Assembly: GCA_022822855.1 (NCBI GenBank)
Contig: JAJDYG010000030.1
Coordinates: 161-64,160, forward strand
Direction: 5' to 3'
Length of the DNA stretch: 64,000 nucleotides
DNA from: Dehalococcoidia bacterium
GTDB lineage: Bacteria; Chloroflexota; Dehalococcoidia; Bin125
Positions 9,280 through 18,447 of the stretch are shown piece after piece. A program made the position numbers and the translations under genes. The notes under the pieces were generated by a model. The model saw only the letters and a list, made by a program, of their open reading frames with translations, ran no database searches and was not told the DNA's origin. The stretch's first letter is position 1. Each line of letters opens with the position of its first letter.

Positions 9280-10736
9280 ACAGTCGGATCCTCGGCTCGG
9301 CGAACGATGTGTGTTTCCGGCGGGGCGCTCAGGAAGCGTCGCGCGTCTGCGGCGAGGGAGAGGGATCCGAGCACCAGGATTAGATCATCAGGGTGGGCGC
9401 TCTGGCCGGCGGCGCTCAGCGCGGCCTGCGGGTCGGTATGGACGCCGATGTCGCCCGGCCAGTCGGGATCGGCGAACGCATCGGCGACCTGCTGCGGCGG
9501 CCGAGCGCGGGGATGGTCCGAGGTCGTCGCGTAGACGTGCGTGCTGCGGGTTTGGATGACGTTGGCCATGTCCTGCAGGGCCTTGTCTCCGAGCACGCCG
9601 AAAATGACGTGGAGCTGTTCGTGCGGGAAGTAGTCGCGGCAGGCATCCAGCGCTCGCTGCACCGACTCGGCATTGTGGGCGCCGTCGATCACGACGTTCG
9701 CCGATCCTCCGGGCTCGTTTGAGGCGAACACTTCGGGCAAATCGAACGACTCTAGACGACCCGGCCAGCGCACGGTCGCGAGGCCCTTGTGCAGCGCCTC
9801 GGAGGAGATGGCGACGGTTCCGGCGGCGACCAATGTGTCGATCACGGCAATGGCCGTTAGCGCATTGTCAAGCTGGTGCCGTCCCAACAGAGGCAGCAGG
9901 TGCATCGCTCGAGGCTGTTCGCCCGGTCGCGGGTTTCGGCGTTGCACGCGGAACCACTGGCCCCATGGCTCGACGCCGGCTGGCTCGGCCGAGTAGTCGG
10001 CGCCGACATCAACCAAGGGGACAGGCACGTCGTCGGCGGCGTTCCGCACGACCTCCGCGGCCTCGGCAAATCGTTGCGGCGACAGGATCGCGCTGCGGCA
10101 GGCGGCGCTGATGATGCCCGCTTTCTCTGAAGCGATCTGCGTGATCTTGTCGCCCAGGATGTCGGTATGTTCGTGCGACAACGAGGTGATCACGGCGGCG
10201 TCGGTCTGGGAGAACACGTTGGTGCAGTCCAGCCGGCCGCCCAGTCCGACCTCGACGATTTGCACGTCCACGTCGTGCGCGTGAAATGCGTGGAAGCTCA
10301 GCGCGGTGAGGATTTCGAATGTGCTGATGTGACCGGGGTCTTCGCGTTGCTCAGCGTCGATCACATGGCGCACCTGTTCGCAGAGCCGGGTGAATTCTTC
10401 CTCGGGCAACGGCGCGCCAAGAATGCGGATTCGCTCGGTGAACTCGTGCAGGTGCGGGCTCGTGAACAGGCCGGTGCGGAAGCCGGCGGCCCGCAGGATC
10501 GATTCAAGGATGGCCGCGGTGGAGCCCTTGCCCTTGCTGCCCGCGACGTGGAGCGTGGTCCGTCCGTGCTGCGGGTCACCGAGGCGGCGCAAGATTGAGC
10601 GAATCCGGTCGAGCGCGAAGTCACCCTTCGAACGCCGGGGTCCAGAGCCCCGTTCGAAGTCGGCGAACGACATCAGCCAGTCGATCGCGCTCGCGTAGTC
10701 GCCGATCGGTTTGCTGGAAGCCTCAACATCAGACAT
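9276..10736 (-). CDS. folC: folylpolyglutamate synthase/dihydrofolate synthase
   Basis: HVAGSKGKGST, FTSPHL, EVGLGGRLDCTN, WPGRLE, DGAHN, GSLSL. Confidence 0.95.
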   Translation of the reverse strand: MSDVEASSKPIGDYASAIDWLMSFADFERGSGPRRSKGDFALDRIRSILRRLGDPQHGRTTLHVAGSKGKGSTAAILESILRAAGFRTGLFTSPHLHEFTERIRILGAPLPEEEFTRLCEQVRHVIDAEQREDPGHISTFEILTALSFHAFHAHDVDVQIVEVGLGGRLDCTNVFSQTDAAVITSLSHEHTDILGDKITQIASEKAGIISAACRSAILSPQRFAEAAEVVRNAADDVPVPLVDVGADYSAEPAGVEPWGQWFRVQRRNPRPGEQPRAMHLLPLLGRHQLDNALTAIAVIDTLVAAGTVAISSEALHKGLATVRWPGRLESFDLPEVFASNEPGGSANVVIDGAHNAESVQRALDACRDYFPHEQLHVIFGVLGDKALQDMANVIQTRSTHVYATTSDHPRARPPQQVADAFADPDWPGDIGVHTDPQAALSAAGQSAHPDDLILVLGSLSLAADARRFLSAPPETHIVRRAEDPTV

Positions 10737-10951
10737 CAACATCTCCCCGCTCGTCTTCCCGTCGCCGCTGCGGAATCCCTTCGGCCGTATCGGTCAACCG
10801 CTGTGGAAGTCCGCCCTACTTCCTGGTTCACTCATCGTACGCCACTTGCTCGGGCCCCACTTGATCAGTCGCATTCAGGCTGCGACGATCCGCCCAAGAG
10901 CAGCAGCGCGACATCGCGCCGCACCTTGGGACACGGGCGGGCGAAACGGTT

Positions 10952-11929
10952 ATGTCTGATCCTGGTGGTTCATTGAAGACCCTGGCCGATGTGGTTTCCC
11001 AGACGGCGCCGCCTGAGCTGGTTGCCGACGGCTTCCTGACGGTGGTCGACGCGATTGCCGACGGGGCCAAACGAGTCGATGGTCTGACCCGCCGCGCAGC
11101 TCTGGCCGGCGTGCTCGGCGATACCGGCGAGCTGAACGTGCAGGGCGAGATCGTGCAGGTGCTCGACGCGGCAGGCACTGACGCCTTCGTCTCCTCATTG
11201 CGCGACTGCGGCGTCGTCGCCGCGCTGGCATGTGAGGAGCTGGAAGACGCTGTCTTTGTCTCCGACGCCGCCGATCATCCCTACCTGGTCATGTTTGACC
11301 CGGTTGACGGTTCGTCGAACATTGATGTTGCCGTCACGATCGGTTCGATTTTCGCGATTTACCACCGCAGCGACGATTCGCCGGTCGGCGATGCGACGCT
11401 GCTGCGGCCCGGGCGCGAGCAGTGCGGCGCGGTGTACGTTGTCTACGGGTCGTCGACCGTGTTGGTGGTCGCGACGCAGGGCCGGGTGGACGGATTCACC
11501 CTGGATCCGGCGTCCGGTGAATTCCTGCACTCGCACGACCAGATTCAGATTCCGGCGAAGTGCGGAGCCTATTCGGTGAACGAGGGGAACCAGGGGAACT
11601 GGCATCCCGAGATGCAGGCAGCGGTGGCCGAGCTACGCAACGACTACGGCTTGCGTTACGTGGGGTCGCTTGTGGCCGACTTCCACCGCGACCTGCTCAA
11701 AGGCGGCATCTTTCTCTACCCGGGCGACCTCAAGTCGCCGGCTGGCAAGCTGCGACTGGGGTACGAGGCAAATCCCCTCTGTTATGTCGCGGAGCAGGCT
11801 GGCGGCGCCGGGTCGACCGGGACCGAGCGCATTCTTGATGTGCAGCCCGTGCTGTTGCACCAGCGCACGCCCTTGATCGTGGGAAACGCCGACGTGGTCG
11901 AACGCGTCGTAGCCAAACTGGCCGAGTAG
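10952..11929 (+). CDS. fbp: fructose-1,6-bisphosphatase class 1
   Basis: FDPVDGSSN, SVNEGN, RYVGSLVADFHR, GKLRLGYEANP. Confidence 0.95.
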   Translation: MSDPGGSLKTLADVVSQTAPPELVADGFLTVVDAIADGAKRVDGLTRRAALAGVLGDTGELNVQGEIVQVLDAAGTDAFVSSLRDCGVVAALACEELEDAVFVSDAADHPYLVMFDPVDGSSNIDVAVTIGSIFAIYHRSDDSPVGDATLLRPGREQCGAVYVVYGSSTVLVVATQGRVDGFTLDPASGEFLHSHDQIQIPAKCGAYSVNEGNQGNWHPEMQAAVAELRNDYGLRYVGSLVADFHRDLLKGGIFLYPGDLKSPAGKLRLGYEANPLCYVAEQAGGAGSTGTERILDVQPVLLHQRTPLIVGNADVVERVVAKLAE

Positions 11930-11973
11930 GACAGCCCAGTAAGACGGCCAGTAAGACAGCAGGCAAGACAGAC
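11930..11973 (+). repeat. short degenerate ~12-bp tandem repeat (gacRgc..agtaa) x3-4
   Basis: gacagcccagtaa gacggccagtaa gacagcaggcaa gacagac between fbp and the aldolase gene. Confidence 0.5.
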
Positions 11974-12015
11974 TGTTTCCACCCAACAGGTCGAGATCGC
12001 GAGAGGCGAAGTCCA

Positions 12016-13026
12016 ATGAGCAACCCACTGCATGAGACCGCACGCGCCCTGGTCGCGCCGGGTCGCGGCATCCTCGCCGCCGACGAGTCGAGTCCGACGA
12101 TCAAGCGGCGCTTCGACACGATCGGCCTCGAGTCGACCGAAACCAACCGCCGCGATTGGCGCCAGTTGTTGTTCACCTCTGAAGGGATCGGCGACTGGAT
12201 CTCGGGGGTTATCCTGTTCGAGGAAACGCTGGCTCAGGACGCGTCAGACGGACGCTCGCTGGTCGAGGTGCTGACCTCAAATGGCGTGATCCCGGGCGTC
12301 AAGGTCGACAAGGGCGCCAAGGATCTTGCCGGCTCGCCGGACGAGAAGGTGACCGAGGGATTGGACGGAATGCGCGAGCGGCTCGAGGTCTATCGGGAGC
12401 AGGGCGCGCGCTTCACCAAGTGGCGCGCCGTGATCGATATCGCCGAGGACCGTCCGACCGCCTACTGCCTGAACGTCAACGCGCACGCGCTGGCCCGTTT
12501 TGCCGCGCTCTCGCAGGAAGCGGGGCTGGTGCCGATCGTCGAGCCTGAGGTGCTGATGGATGGCGACCACGAGATCGCCGCCTGCGCCGAGGCGACAGAG
12601 GCAGCGCTGCGGGCGACGTACGCTGCGCTGGCGGTCCAGAACGTCGACCTCGAGGGCACGCTGCTCAAGCCGAACATGGTGCTCTCGGGCAAGAGCGCTG
12701 CCGACCGCGCGCCGGCCGAAGTGGTTGCTTCCGAGACGCTGCGCGTGTTCGCCAACTCGGTGCCCTCGGCGGTGCCGGGCTGCGTCTTCCTCTCCGGCGG
12801 TCAGTCGGACGAGGAGGCGACGGTGAATCTTAACGCGATCAACCAGGCAGCGGCAGGTTCATCCTCGGCGCCGTGGGAGCTGAGCTTTTCTTACGGCCGA
12901 GGTTTGCAAGCGACACCACTCGCGGTCTGGGGCGGCAAGCCTGAGAATGTGGCAGCCGCGCAAGCCGCGTTCCAGGAACGAGCGCGGATGACCTCGGCGG
13001 CTCGCAAGGGTGAGTACGCGGGCTAA
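12016..13026 (+). CDS. fructose-bisphosphate aldolase class I (eukaryote-type glycolytic family)
   Basis: GILAADES, KVDKG, KWRAV, VPIVEPEV, Schiff-base Lys in LLKPNM, FLSGGQS, FSYGR. Confidence 0.95.
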   Translation: MSNPLHETARALVAPGRGILAADESSPTIKRRFDTIGLESTETNRRDWRQLLFTSEGIGDWISGVILFEETLAQDASDGRSLVEVLTSNGVIPGVKVDKGAKDLAGSPDEKVTEGLDGMRERLEVYREQGARFTKWRAVIDIAEDRPTAYCLNVNAHALARFAALSQEAGLVPIVEPEVLMDGDHEIAACAEATEAALRATYAALAVQNVDLEGTLLKPNMVLSGKSAADRAPAEVVASETLRVFANSVPSAVPGCVFLSGGQSDEEATVNLNAINQAAAGSSSAPWELSFSYGRGLQATPLAVWGGKPENVAAAQAAFQERARMTSAARKGEYAG

Positions 13027-13063
13027 CTGGAGGACCTCCTCCGGGGTCTTGAGACGAGAACCA

Positions 13064-13693
13064 GTGCCCCACCGACTACTGATCGCCACCGGGAACCCCG
13101 GCAAGATTCGCGAATTCCGCGAGCTGTTCGACGCTCATGTCGATTCGCAGTGGAAGTTGGTCGCTCCGGCTGAGGTTGGATTGCGGGACTTCACGGTCGT
13201 GGAAGACGGCCAGACCTACGCCGAGAACGCCGGGCGCAAGGCTCGCTCGTACTCGAACGCCGCCGGACTGCCGGCGCTGGCCGATGACTCGGGCCTGGAG
13301 GTTGACTCGTTGGATGGCGCGCCCGGGCTGTACAGCGCTCGATATGCTGGGGAGGCAGCGGATGATGCCGCCAATCGCGCCAAGCTTCTCAGGGCATTGG
13401 CCAACGTCCCAACCGAACGGCGGGCGGCCCGATTCCGCTGCGTGATCGCCCTGGCCTTCCCCTACACGACCAATGTGCGGCTGGGCGAGGGTGTAGTAGA
13501 AGGTTCGATCGCCATGGACGAGCGTGGAGACCGCGGCTTCGGCTACGATCCGCTGTTCGGGCTGCCCGGCGGCAGGCGGATGGCGGAGTTGGACGTTGCA
13601 GAGAAGAATCGGATCTCGCACCGCGCTCGGGCGCTTGCCGATGCAGCGTGGGCGCTCAACTCAATGGCTCAGACCCTGGACAAGTCCTCGTGA
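13064..13693 (+). CDS. rdgB: non-canonical purine NTP pyrophosphatase (RdgB/HAM1)
   Basis: ATGNPGK, ADDSGL, PGLYSARY, GFGYDP, KNRISHR. Confidence 0.94.
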   Translation: MPHRLLIATGNPGKIREFRELFDAHVDSQWKLVAPAEVGLRDFTVVEDGQTYAENAGRKARSYSNAAGLPALADDSGLEVDSLDGAPGLYSARYAGEAADDAANRAKLLRALANVPTERRAARFRCVIALAFPYTTNVRLGEGVVEGSIAMDERGDRGFGYDPLFGLPGGRRMAELDVAEKNRISHRARALADAAWALNSMAQTLDKSS

Positions 13694-14721
13694 ACCCGAC
13701 CGCATATGCGCCGATCGACCGGTTGGGGAGACGTTTCGCCGATCTGCGCATCTCGGTCACCGATCGCTGCAACTTCCGCTGCCCGTACTGCATGCCCAAA
13801 GAGATCTTCGGACCAGGCTACGAGTTCCTGCCGCGCACGGCGATCCTGAGTTTCGAGGAGATCGTCCGGCTGGCCGGAATCTTTGGCCGCATGGGTCTGC
13901 GCAAGCTTCGTCTAACGGGCGGCGAACCGACCGTGCGGGCCGAGCTGCCGACCCTGGTGCGGATGCTGCGCGAGGCGCTGCCCGATGTCGACCTGGCGCT
14001 GACGACGAACGGGTCTCGGCTGGCCTCACTGTCCGAGGAGCTCAAGGCGGCAGGGCTGGACCGGGTGACCGTCAGCCTCGACTCGGTCGATCCTGAAATC
14101 TGCCGCGAGATGAACGGTGTCGACTTCCCGCCCGAGCGCGTCCTTGAAGGCATCGACGCCGCCGCTGCGGCCGGACTGGGACCGATCAAGATCAATGCGG
14201 TCGTTAAGCGCGGTGTCAACGACGACGGCATCGTCGATATGGCCCGCCACTTCCGCGGTACGGGGCAGATCGTCCGCTTCATCGAATACATGGACGTCGG
14301 CGCGACCAACGGCTGGAAGCTGGACGAAGTGGTGCCGGCCCGCGAGATCATCGAGCGGTTGGAACAGGTGGAAGGTCTGGAGCCGGTTGAGGCGGCCTAC
14401 CTGGGCGAGGTCGCCCGGCGCTGGCGCTGGTCGGACGGCAGCGGTGAGATCGGCGTGATCACATCTGTGACCGAGCCATTCTGCGGCGACTGCACGAGAG
14501 CCCGGCTCTCTGCCGAGGGCTCGCTCTACACCTGCCTGTTCGCCTCCGTCGGCAACGACCTGCGCGGTCCGATGCGCGAAGGCGCGACCGACGAGGAGCT
14601 GCTTGAGCGGATCGCCGGCATCTGGACAGTGCGAGAGGACCGCTATTCGGAACTCCGGGCCGCAATGACCGATGATCTGCCGATTCGCGATCGGGTGGAG
14701 ATGTCGCACATTGGCGGATGA
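13690..14721 (+). CDS. moaA: GTP 3',8-cyclase (molybdopterin biosynthesis radical SAM)
   Basis: [28 protein letters not shown]...C, C-terminal MSHIGG. Confidence 0.96.
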   Translation: MNPTAYAPIDRLGRRFADLRISVTDRCNFRCPYCMPKEIFGPGYEFLPRTAILSFEEIVRLAGIFGRMGLRKLRLTGGEPTVRAELPTLVRMLREALPDVDLALTTNGSRLASLSEELKAAGLDRVTVSLDSVDPEICREMNGVDFPPERVLEGIDAAAAAGLGPIKINAVVKRGVNDDGIVDMARHFRGTGQIVRFIEYMDVGATNGWKLDEVVPAREIIERLEQVEGLEPVEAAYLGEVARRWRWSDGSGEIGVITSVTEPFCGDCTRARLSAEGSLYTCLFASVGNDLRGPMREGATDEELLERIAGIWTVREDRYSELRAAMTDDLPIRDRVEMSHIGG

Positions 14722-15214
14722 GCAATCCCCAGACACTCCGTCGGATCTGAGTCATATCGACGCGCAGGGTCGCGCGCGGATGGTCGATGTAGGCGACAAG
14801 GATGTGACCGAGCGTCGTGCGGTGGCCGAAGGCCGCGTGCTGATGAAGCCCGAGACGCTGGAGCTGATCCGCAACTCGGCGCTGAAGAAGGGTGATGTGC
14901 TGGCCGCAGCCGAGATCGCCGGCGTGATGGCCGCCAAGCGCACGCACGAGCTGATCCCACTCTGCCACCCCTTGATGCTGAGCAAGGTGCTGGTCGAACT
15001 CAGCCTGGTCGACGAGCCGCCCTCGATCGCGATCCGGGCGGAAGTGCGCAGTTCGGGCAAGACGGGCGTTGAGATGGAGGCACTGACCGCTGTCTCGGTC
15101 GCCGGGCTGACGGTCTACGACATGGCCAAGGCGGTCGATCGGGGTATGCAGATCGACGCGGTGCGGCTTCGGGAGAAGGATGGCGGGCGGTCTGGGTCGG
15201 TGCGCCTAGAATGA
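14711..15214 (+). CDS. moaC: cyclic pyranopterin monophosphate synthase (start uncertain)
   Basis: [42 protein letters not shown]. Confidence 0.95.
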   Translation: MADEQSPDTPSDLSHIDAQGRARMVDVGDKDVTERRAVAEGRVLMKPETLELIRNSALKKGDVLAAAEIAGVMAAKRTHELIPLCHPLMLSKVLVELSLVDEPPSIAIRAEVRSSGKTGVEMEALTAVSVAGLTVYDMAKAVDRGMQIDAVRLREKDGGRSGSVRLE

Positions 15215-15236
15215 GCCTGAGCGACCCTGGCTGAGC

Positions 15237-16460
15237 TCAGTCGAGGTTGTAAACGCGGGCAGCGTTGTCGTGTAGCACCTTTTCCAGGATCTCTTCAGAG
15301 ATGCCGGTGTTGTCAAACTTGCGATCCAGGTTTTCGCTGGCCGACTCCGAGAACTCGAACGCGCCAGGTGTGATACTGGTCGGATGAGGGAAGTCGGTCT
15401 CGTACATCACGTTGTCTTGGATCAAGTCAATCACTCGGACCGCGGACTCCTGCTCGAACCAGAAACTGCCGTAGACCTGGCGATAGAAGTACTCGCTGGG
15501 TAGCAGGTCGCGATCGGGGTGGGCCCGGTGCATGCCGAGGTTGATCCACTGCCAGTCCATCGACTCGAGCAGGTAGGGGATGTAGCCGATGCCACTCTCG
15601 ACGGAGACGAAGTCGAGGTTGGGGAATCGGTGACAGAGTCCGGAGAAGATCACTTCTGAGATCGCATCAGTGTTGCCGAGGAAGCTCATGATCGTGAGCT
15701 TGACCAGGTGCGTGGCCGGGTCGTAGTCCGGCCAGACGTTCATCTCGCGTCCGGCGTCGATGTGGAACGTGATTGGCAGGCCGGTGTCTTGCGTCGCTTC
15801 CCAGATCGGATCCCAATGTTGGTCGGCGAGCCAGGGCAGACCGTAGCCGTCGGGCTGGTAGGTCATCATCACCGACTTGTGGCCGGCGGCTGCGTTGCGT
15901 TCAATTTCCTCGACGCAGGCGGGGATGTCCCAGAGCGGTAGGCTGACCTGTGCCAGGAGCCGGTTCGGGTCGGCGCTGCACCAATCGGTGAGGAAGTCGT
16001 TGTAGGCCCGGCAGCATTCGAGCGCGAGCTCGGGCTCGGATCTCGCGATGCTCAGGTACTGACGGCTGCCGCCGACGTTGGGGAAGAGCAGGTTGGCGTG
16101 GACGCCGACCTCGTCCATGAGCCTAAGTCTCGCCCGGGGGTCGTAGGCGGCTGCGTGGGCGTCGGCCAATGTGCGCGGATGACGGGGCCAATGCTCGCTG
16201 TGGCCCGACCAGGCGAGTAGGGCCGTGGGCATGCCCGGCTTACCGTCGACAATCCAGATGTCGTCCGTGGCACCGCGGTCGATCTCAACGTTGCGTACGA
16301 CATCGGCGCCGCCCGTCGCGTGGGCGTCTGCGGCTTTGACGACGTGCGGGATACGCTCTCCCCATTTGGATGAGACCCGCGAGGTCCAGAGGTCTTCGGG
16401 CTCGGATATGTGGGTGTCGACATCGATCACCTTGATGCGATCGGTGATGCCGGAGGTCAT
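15237..16460 (-). CDS. amidohydrolase family protein (Amidohydro_2, LigW/ACMSD-like)
   Basis: IDVDTH, LPITFH, VESGIGY, YETDFPH metal-binding motifs. Confidence 0.88.
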   Translation of the reverse strand: MTSGITDRIKVIDVDTHISEPEDLWTSRVSSKWGERIPHVVKAADAHATGGADVVRNVEIDRGATDDIWIVDGKPGMPTALLAWSGHSEHWPRHPRTLADAHAAAYDPRARLRLMDEVGVHANLLFPNVGGSRQYLSIARSEPELALECCRAYNDFLTDWCSADPNRLLAQVSLPLWDIPACVEEIERNAAAGHKSVMMTYQPDGYGLPWLADQHWDPIWEATQDTGLPITFHIDAGREMNVWPDYDPATHLVKLTIMSFLGNTDAISEVIFSGLCHRFPNLDFVSVESGIGYIPYLLESMDWQWINLGMHRAHPDRDLLPSEYFYRQVYGSFWFEQESAVRVIDLIQDNVMYETDFPHPTSITPGAFEFSESASENLDRKFDNTGISEEILEKVLHDNAARVYNLD

Positions 16461-16558
16461 GACGGGTCGCTTTCTCTACCGTTCGCCGCAGTCGTCCGCG
16501 ACTGGAGCGTGTGCCAGAAGGGTAGAGAATCCAGGGCGTGATGGCCGCCGAGTCGGCA

Positions 16559-17692
16559 CTAGCCGCCGGGGTTGACCAGCGATTCGAAGCCTTGGTTGCC
16601 CCTCAGACTGTCGAAGTGATCGTCGGTCCTGGCGGCTTCGGCGTAGCGGGGGTTGAGCGTCGTCGCCTGGCGCAGGGCGGAGATAGCGTCGTCGGCCTGG
16701 CCCATCTTGGCCGCCGCCGAGGCGAGGCCGTAGTGCGCGCCGGGCTGCTCCGGCTCGAGCCGCACCGCTTCCTGGAAGGACTCGAGCGCCTCCTGGGCGC
16801 GGTCCTCGTAGAGCAGGGTCAGGCCCAGGTTGGTGTGCGCGGCGCCGTCGTCGGGGCGCAGACGCAGCGCGTGACGGAAATCGCCCTCGGCCGTGTCGAA
16901 GTCGCGGCCGAATAGCCGCAACAGACCGCGGTTGACGTAGATGTCGGGGTCGTCCGGTGCGAGTTCGATCGCGCGCTCGTAGTCGTTGGCCGCCTCCTCC
17001 GTGCGGTCCAGTCGGACCAGCGCGTTGGCGCGGTTGTAGTAGGCGGCGGCCGAGTTGGCGTCGAGGTCGATCGCTCGCGCGTACTGGTTGACGGCGGCGT
17101 CGTAGTTGCCGGCGCCGAAGTAGGCGTTGCCCTCATCGAGGTGCGAGGCGGCGCTGCGATCGGCCGGAATGGTCGGCGCGGATTCGACGGCAGCCGCTGC
17201 CGGCGGGGCCGGCGGCGGCTCGGGTGCTTCAACCGGAGCTGCGGCGGGAGTCGGAGGAGGAGTTGGGGCCGCGGGAGCAGGGGCCGGCGGCGGTGTGGTC
17301 GCTGCGGGCGGCGGTGTGGGCGGCGTTGGGGCTGGAGGCGGGGGAGGAGGAGATGGCGGAGCAGCAGCCGGAGCCGGAGGCGCGGGCGGCGGTTGTGGAG
17401 CTCGCGCGGCCGGGGGAAGCGGCCGAGCTGGTGCAGGTGCAGGTGCCGGGCTGGGAGCCGCCGCGCTCGGCGTCTCGGACATCGAGGCGCCGCTGGCCTG
17501 TGCGATCTGGCGGGCCATGAGCTCTGCTTGTTCGCGTCGCGAGCGCTCGTTGCTCAGCTGCAACTCGAGGTGGTCGATCCGTTCTTCGGTCAGTTCTCGC
17601 TCCAGCCGCTGCTGAGACTGCAGAGCTCGATAGATCCACACGATTGCGGCCCAGGGCAAGAGCACGCGCAAGACGATGGCGATGAAATTCAA
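16559..17692 (-). CDS. membrane-anchored tetratricopeptide repeat protein with Pro/Ala-rich linker
   Basis: TTG start after GAGGAG; N-terminal TM segment, coiled coil, ~100-aa Pro/Ala linker, ~5 TPRs (AYYNRANAL, IYVNRG, AHTNLG, AHYGLA). Confidence 0.85.
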   Translation of the reverse strand: MNFIAIVLRVLLPWAAIVWIYRALQSQQRLERELTEERIDHLELQLSNERSRREQAELMARQIAQASGASMSETPSAAAPSPAPAPAPARPLPPAARAPQPPPAPPAPAAAPPSPPPPPPAPTPPTPPPAATTPPPAPAPAAPTPPPTPAAAPVEAPEPPPAPPAAAAVESAPTIPADRSAASHLDEGNAYFGAGNYDAAVNQYARAIDLDANSAAAYYNRANALVRLDRTEEAANDYERAIELAPDDPDIYVNRGLLRLFGRDFDTAEGDFRHALRLRPDDGAAHTNLGLTLLYEDRAQEALESFQEAVRLEPEQPGAHYGLASAAAKMGQADDAISALRQATTLNPRYAEAARTDDHFDSLRGNQGFESLVNPGG

Positions 17693-17792
17693 GGGATTCT
17701 CCTCTGCTTCGCGTGCTGCGAGCTCGCCGGCTGGGCGGTCATCCGATCGGTCTGGCGGGCCGCGTGACGGGTACTCAGACGGCTGCCGTCCC

Positions 17793-18200
17793 TCATTCGG
17801 GCTGCTGTTCGAGTTGGTCGCTAATCGCCTCAAGCCCGTTGATCGCCAGCGTGAGCCGGTCCCGCGGGGACAGGTCTTCCAGCTCGACCAGCGTTTCGTC
17901 ACGCATCGAGACGGGGTCGTTGGCGCCTAGGAACGCCGCCGGTCCTTCGTCGTCAAACGACAACTGCAGTTCCCGCAATGCACCCTCTTCGGTCACGATC
18001 ACACAGCCGATGCTGTTGTCATGCAGACCGTCTGGTTCGACTTCGACGCCCATCGTGAAGAACGCGCCGGGGAAGGGCGGGAACGGCCGCAATTCCAGCG
18101 CCGCCTCGCGCAGCAGGGCCTCGACCTGCTCTGCCGCCGCCGACAGCGCTTCATCGGCCATCCGCCGCCGGAGCTGGATGCGCACGGTTCGCTGGGTCAT
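17793..18200 (-). CDS. hypothetical protein
   Basis: 135-aa ORF with host-like codon usage; PFPPFPG and GCVIV motifs. Confidence 0.7.
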   Translation of the reverse strand: MTQRTVRIQLRRRMADEALSAAAEQVEALLREAALELRPFPPFPGAFFTMGVEVEPDGLHDNSIGCVIVTEEGALRELQLSFDDEGPAAFLGANDPVSMRDETLVELEDLSPRDRLTLAINGLEAISDQLEQQPE

Positions 18201-18447
18201 CTGTCGCCCAGTTTCCTGAACGGCGGCGGGATCGGAGTCTGGCATCGGCTTGGGTTGTGGACTGTCCGGTCGCCTGAGGGTGCGCCCAGAAGTTTCAGGT
18301 GGATGAGATACGAGTATACGCAGGGTCTGGGTTTGGTACCGCCGATGACGTAACAGCCTGGCTCAGCGCGAGTGAGCACGAAGTCCTGAGTGGGTACGAT
18401 GGTTGCGGGGCGCGAGGGTCGGTCAGCGTGACTAACAGGACGACTGG

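Noticed and set aside
4983-13026. Calvin-cycle cluster (transketolase, FBPase, aldolase)
   Set aside because: No RuBisCO or phosphoribulokinase in the window; consistent with ordinary gluconeogenesis and the pentose phosphate pathway.
18243-18348. Possible 6S RNA or glycine riboswitch (catcggc/gccgatg and cctga/tcagg inverted repeats; ctcaggcgaccggacag on the minus strand)
   Set aside because: Lacks the GGAGA/CCGAAG glycine aptamer core and the long rod with central bubble of 6S; better explained as a divergent promoter region (TATACT, TACGAT) with a short leader hairpin.
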